A DNA stretch of 64,000 bases from a virus (Duplodnaviria; Caudoviricetes). This document shows positions 61,560 to 64,000 of the stretch, one piece after another. Position 1 is the first letter of the stretch, and each line of letters begins with the position of its first letter. The DNA lies in the IMG/VR virus record IMGVR_UViG_3300021560_000015, positions 12,954 through 76,953 of that record; one strand, given 5' to 3'. The notes beneath the pieces are model-generated. The model ran no database searches and was not told where the DNA came from. It saw only the letters and a list, made by a program, of their open reading frames with translations. The translations under genes and the position numbers were made by a program.

Positions 61560-62303
61560 CTAACGCAGCGGCCTGATGTCGTAACTGGCCTCGACCGGGT
61601 AGTGGTCGGTGTGCAGCGCGATCTTGGTGTCGTCCAGTCCGTGACAGTAGACCGCACCCACCCTGGTGTCCTTGATCGAGCGGGCGATCACGTCGATGGT
61701 CTCGTGGCCGGGATGCGTGGGGTCATAGACATCCAGCTCATCCCAGGCGCTGATCAGCCAGCCACCGAAGAAGGTGTCGCTGTGCGGTCTCTCGTCATGC
61801 ATGTTCTGGTCGCCACCGTAGAAGACCAGCCCGTTGCCTTTGCCGTACTTACGCACCTGGGCCTGCAGCTCGGCCGCGATGATGGGGTTCTGCTTGGCGC
61901 CGGGCGCGTTCGGGTGCTTGGGTCCGGACAGGTTGTAGTGGCTGGCCAGCACGGTGATCCGGCCCAGCTGGACATGGCTGAAGGAGACCCGCAGCACGCC
62001 ACGGGTCGGGTAGGCACCCTTCTTGCCGGGGATCACCGCAGTCCAGGCAGAGCTGGGTCTGCCGGCGGCCACTAGCGGGGACAGCGCGACCCAGACATCG
62101 CCACCGCGGTGGATGAACTGGTAGCTGTACTGCTCGGCACCGATCCTGAAATTGGCGGCGTCCGCAGGTTGATTGGCCTCGGTACCGGTCAGCCACCACA
62201 CTCGATGCTTCTGTGCGTAGGCGAACACCGCCTGCGCGTCGTGGATCTGTTGGGCCTTGGTGTCGCTGTACTGCATCGAGGCGTGCATGATGCGTACTCG
62301 CAT
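61560..62303 (-). CDS. Endonuclease/exonuclease/phosphatase (EEP) family protein
   Basis: GTE, SHYN, GGDQN, TID.I and TDH.PV catalytic motifs in EEP order. Confidence 0.8.
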   Translation of the reverse strand: MRVRIMHASMQYSDTKAQQIHDAQAVFAYAQKHRVWWLTGTEANQPADAANFRIGAEQYSYQFIHRGGDVWVALSPLVAAGRPSSAWTAVIPGKKGAYPTRGVLRVSFSHVQLGRITVLASHYNLSGPKHPNAPGAKQNPIIAAELQAQVRKYGKGNGLVFYGGDQNMHDERPHSDTFFGGWLISAWDELDVYDPTHPGHETIDVIARSIKDTRVGAVYCHGLDDTKIALHTDHYPVEASYDIRPLR

Positions 62304-62848
62304 CAGGGCTTCACCTTCCACCCTTCGTCATAGCAGAAGCCGGCCCAATCACCGGGCGAGACGTAGCGCTCATGCCCGATGTTCGGGTGCGCCAACTCGC
62401 ACTGCTTGTAGACCAGCGCGGCGGCGCTCGAGCACACCACATGGCCAGGAACGCCCTGTTTGTCCCAGTCCTTGTTCCAGAGGTCCTTCAGCCCGATCGA
62501 GTCCAGCGCATCGGTGAAGATGGCCGACCAGTCATACGGCTTGCCCAGGATCGCTTCGCAGGCGATGCCCAGGGTGGCGCGTTGCGCATCGGACTTGGGC
62601 TGTGCTGCGTTGGTCACGATGCGCTTGTTGGACAGGTACTTGCGCATGTCTACCCAGCCCACCCCGCCGGGCCGGCCCTCCACACCCCAGGGCACCTGAC
62701 CGGTGTAGTGGTGCATGATCGCGACGTGGTTGGCCGCGTTGGCCTGCCCGCGCAATGCGCTGCCGATCCGGATCAGCCGGCTGGTCCAACCCTTGCCCTG
62801 GCTGACCACCACGATGTCGCCAGGCTTCACGACGGGGAGCTGGGCCAT
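62303..62848 (-). CDS. Permuted NlpC/P60 (YiiX/YebB-like) amidase
   Basis: PGDIV...NHVAI...G.PYD...VCS (His before Cys, i.e. permuted). Confidence 0.8.
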   Translation of the reverse strand: MAQLPVVKPGDIVVVSQGKGWTSRLIRIGSALRGQANAANHVAIMHHYTGQVPWGVEGRPGGVGWVDMRKYLSNKRIVTNAAQPKSDAQRATLGIACEAILGKPYDWSAIFTDALDSIGLKDLWNKDWDKQGVPGHVVCSSAAALVYKQCELAHPNIGHERYVSPGDWAGFCYDEGWKVKP

Positions 62849-63015
62849 TCCATCCTCCAGGGCTCGCACGCTTTCTGCAGGTAGCCGAGGCTGATCGCGA
62901 GCTGCTCCATTAACATGCCCAGCCCTTCGATCGCGAGGGTCAGCGACTGCACCGCCAATTCCAGCGCAGGCTCGGCCTCGATCTCGGGTTCCACATCTCC
63001 AGATTGCGGCCCCAC
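62827..63015 (-). CDS. Small helical hypothetical protein
   Basis: 62-aa ORF overlapping the amidase start. Confidence 0.4.
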   Translation of the reverse strand: MGPQSGDVEPEIEAEPALELAVQSLTLAIEGLGMLMEQLAISLGYLQKACEPWRMEWPSSPS

Positions 63016-63043
63016 GCAGCCCGTCCGGGCTTAGCCTGTGGCC

Positions 63044-64000
63044 ATGCCGCTGCTGCGCTTCCCCTATCCGCCGCAGACTCGCGACCAGCTGTGGTGGACG
63101 GTGCGCGCGCTATTTGGGGTGACGATTCCGCGAGTGAAAGTCTGCCCGGATCACTGTGCCCCCTTTGACGCCTTTGCCGACGCCTACTTTCGGGTCAATA
63201 CCGTGCGCGATGGGACCTACCTGCCCGAAGACAAACAACAGCCGCTGGACCGCATCATCATTCACGCCTCGCGTGGGCTGGCCGGCAAGTCGAAGATGGC
63301 GTCCATCCTGGGCATGACCTTCGCCTACATCGACGGGGCGGATATCACGATTCTGGGTGGCTCGATGACCCAGAGTGCGAACGTGCACGAGTACTGCGGC
63401 AAGGCGATGGAGAGCCCGAACCTGCCGGTGGACATGACTCGCGATCACACCGCCACCAAGATTCTGCTGACCAACTCCGCTCGGCTGCGCCCGCTGCCGG
63501 CGAGCCCGAAGACCGCTCGCAGCCCGCACCCTAGCGTGCTGTTCTGCGATGAGGCAGACGAAATGGACCTGATGGTCTATGACGCGGCGATGGGCCAGCC
63601 GCTGCCGCAGGAGAGCTACCTGGGCGTGGACGTGCAGACGCTGACGGTGGTGCTGTCCACCTGGCAGTACCCGAATGGCACCTTCACCGAGATCCTCAAG
63701 CGGGCGGCCGAGGGCAATGAGCCGATCTACCGCTGGTGCATAGCCTCAGGCGAGCTTGTGGCTACCGCGCGGGGTGAAGTGCCGATCGAGGAAGTCACGG
63801 ACGAGGACTTCGTACTCACGCGCGCGGGCTGGCGTCATGTCCAGCACGTCACCTTCATGGGTCACAAGCCGACGATCCGCCTGGATTTCGGCGATCGAAC
63901 GCTGCGCTGCACCCCCGACCACCGGATTGCCACTCCCGACGGTTGGGCCACGGCCGGTGCACTGGCGGCAGACGCGATGTCCCCGGCCGGGCCGGATGTA
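63044..64000 (+). CDS. Terminase large subunit, N-terminal part (runs off the window)
   Basis: Manual translation: Walker A ASRGLAGKS, Walker B VLFCDEAD, coupling motif LSTWQ; frame open to the end of the window. Confidence 0.88.
   Translation, partial: MPLLRFPYPPQTRDQLWWTVRALFGVTIPRVKVCPDHCAPFDAFADAYFRVNTVRDGTYLPEDKQQPLDRIIIHASRGLAGKSKMASILGMTFAYIDGADITILGGSMTQSANVHEYCGKAMESPNLPVDMTRDHTATKILLTNSARLRPLPASPKTARSPHPSVLFCDEADEMDLMVYDAAMGQPLPQESYLGVDVQTLTVVLSTWQYPNGTFTEILKRAAEGNEPIYRWCIASGELVATARGEVPIEEVTDEDFVLTRAGWRHVQHVTFMGHKPTIRLDFGDRTLRCTPDHRIATPDGWATAGALAADAMSPAGPDV
63737..64000 (+). mobile_element. Intein (Hint domain, N-terminal part) in the terminase
   Basis: After YRW the sequence reads CIASGELVATARGEVPIEEV (block A), and later LRCTPDHRI (block B TxxH). 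Confidence 0.88.

Overview
This is a high-GC actinobacterial siphovirus (or prophage-like) genome segment; it contains no host chromosomal genes. Layout: (i) 1-16.1 kb, + strand: putative virion-internal proteins, scaffold, capsid cement, lambda-E-type major capsid, head-tail connectors, two tandem major tail proteins, a frameshifted tail chaperone and a 2240-aa tape measure. (ii) 16.3-36.4 kb, - strand: about 50 small early/accessory genes plus an ERF/YqaJ recombination pair. This arm is punctuated by intrinsic terminators, eight exact copies of CCACACCCACC and three copies of a 16-bp repeat. (iii) 36.5-44.3 kb, mostly + strand: WhiB, a repressor/Cro-like switch, SSB, HNH, tRNA-Ser(CGA), tRNA-Ala(GGC), an iteron-containing initiator and a primase-helicase. 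(iv) 44.6-61.4 kb: endolysin, SNase-like nuclease, tail-tip and fibre genes, membrane proteins. (v) A short - strand enzyme cassette, then the start of an intein-containing large terminase. No integrase, DNA polymerase, reverse transcriptase or CRISPR array is visible. The best novelty candidates are: a ubiquitin-like (C-terminal GG, beta-grasp-like) protein coupled to a possible E2-like Cys protein; a probably virion-packaged polyprotein with an R-S-E ADP-ribosyltransferase domain; a His-rich insertion in the tape measure; an Lsr2-like/C2H2 zinc-finger fusion; and a repeat/terminator regulatory grammar in the early arm. All family calls come from motif recognition by eye, not database searches.
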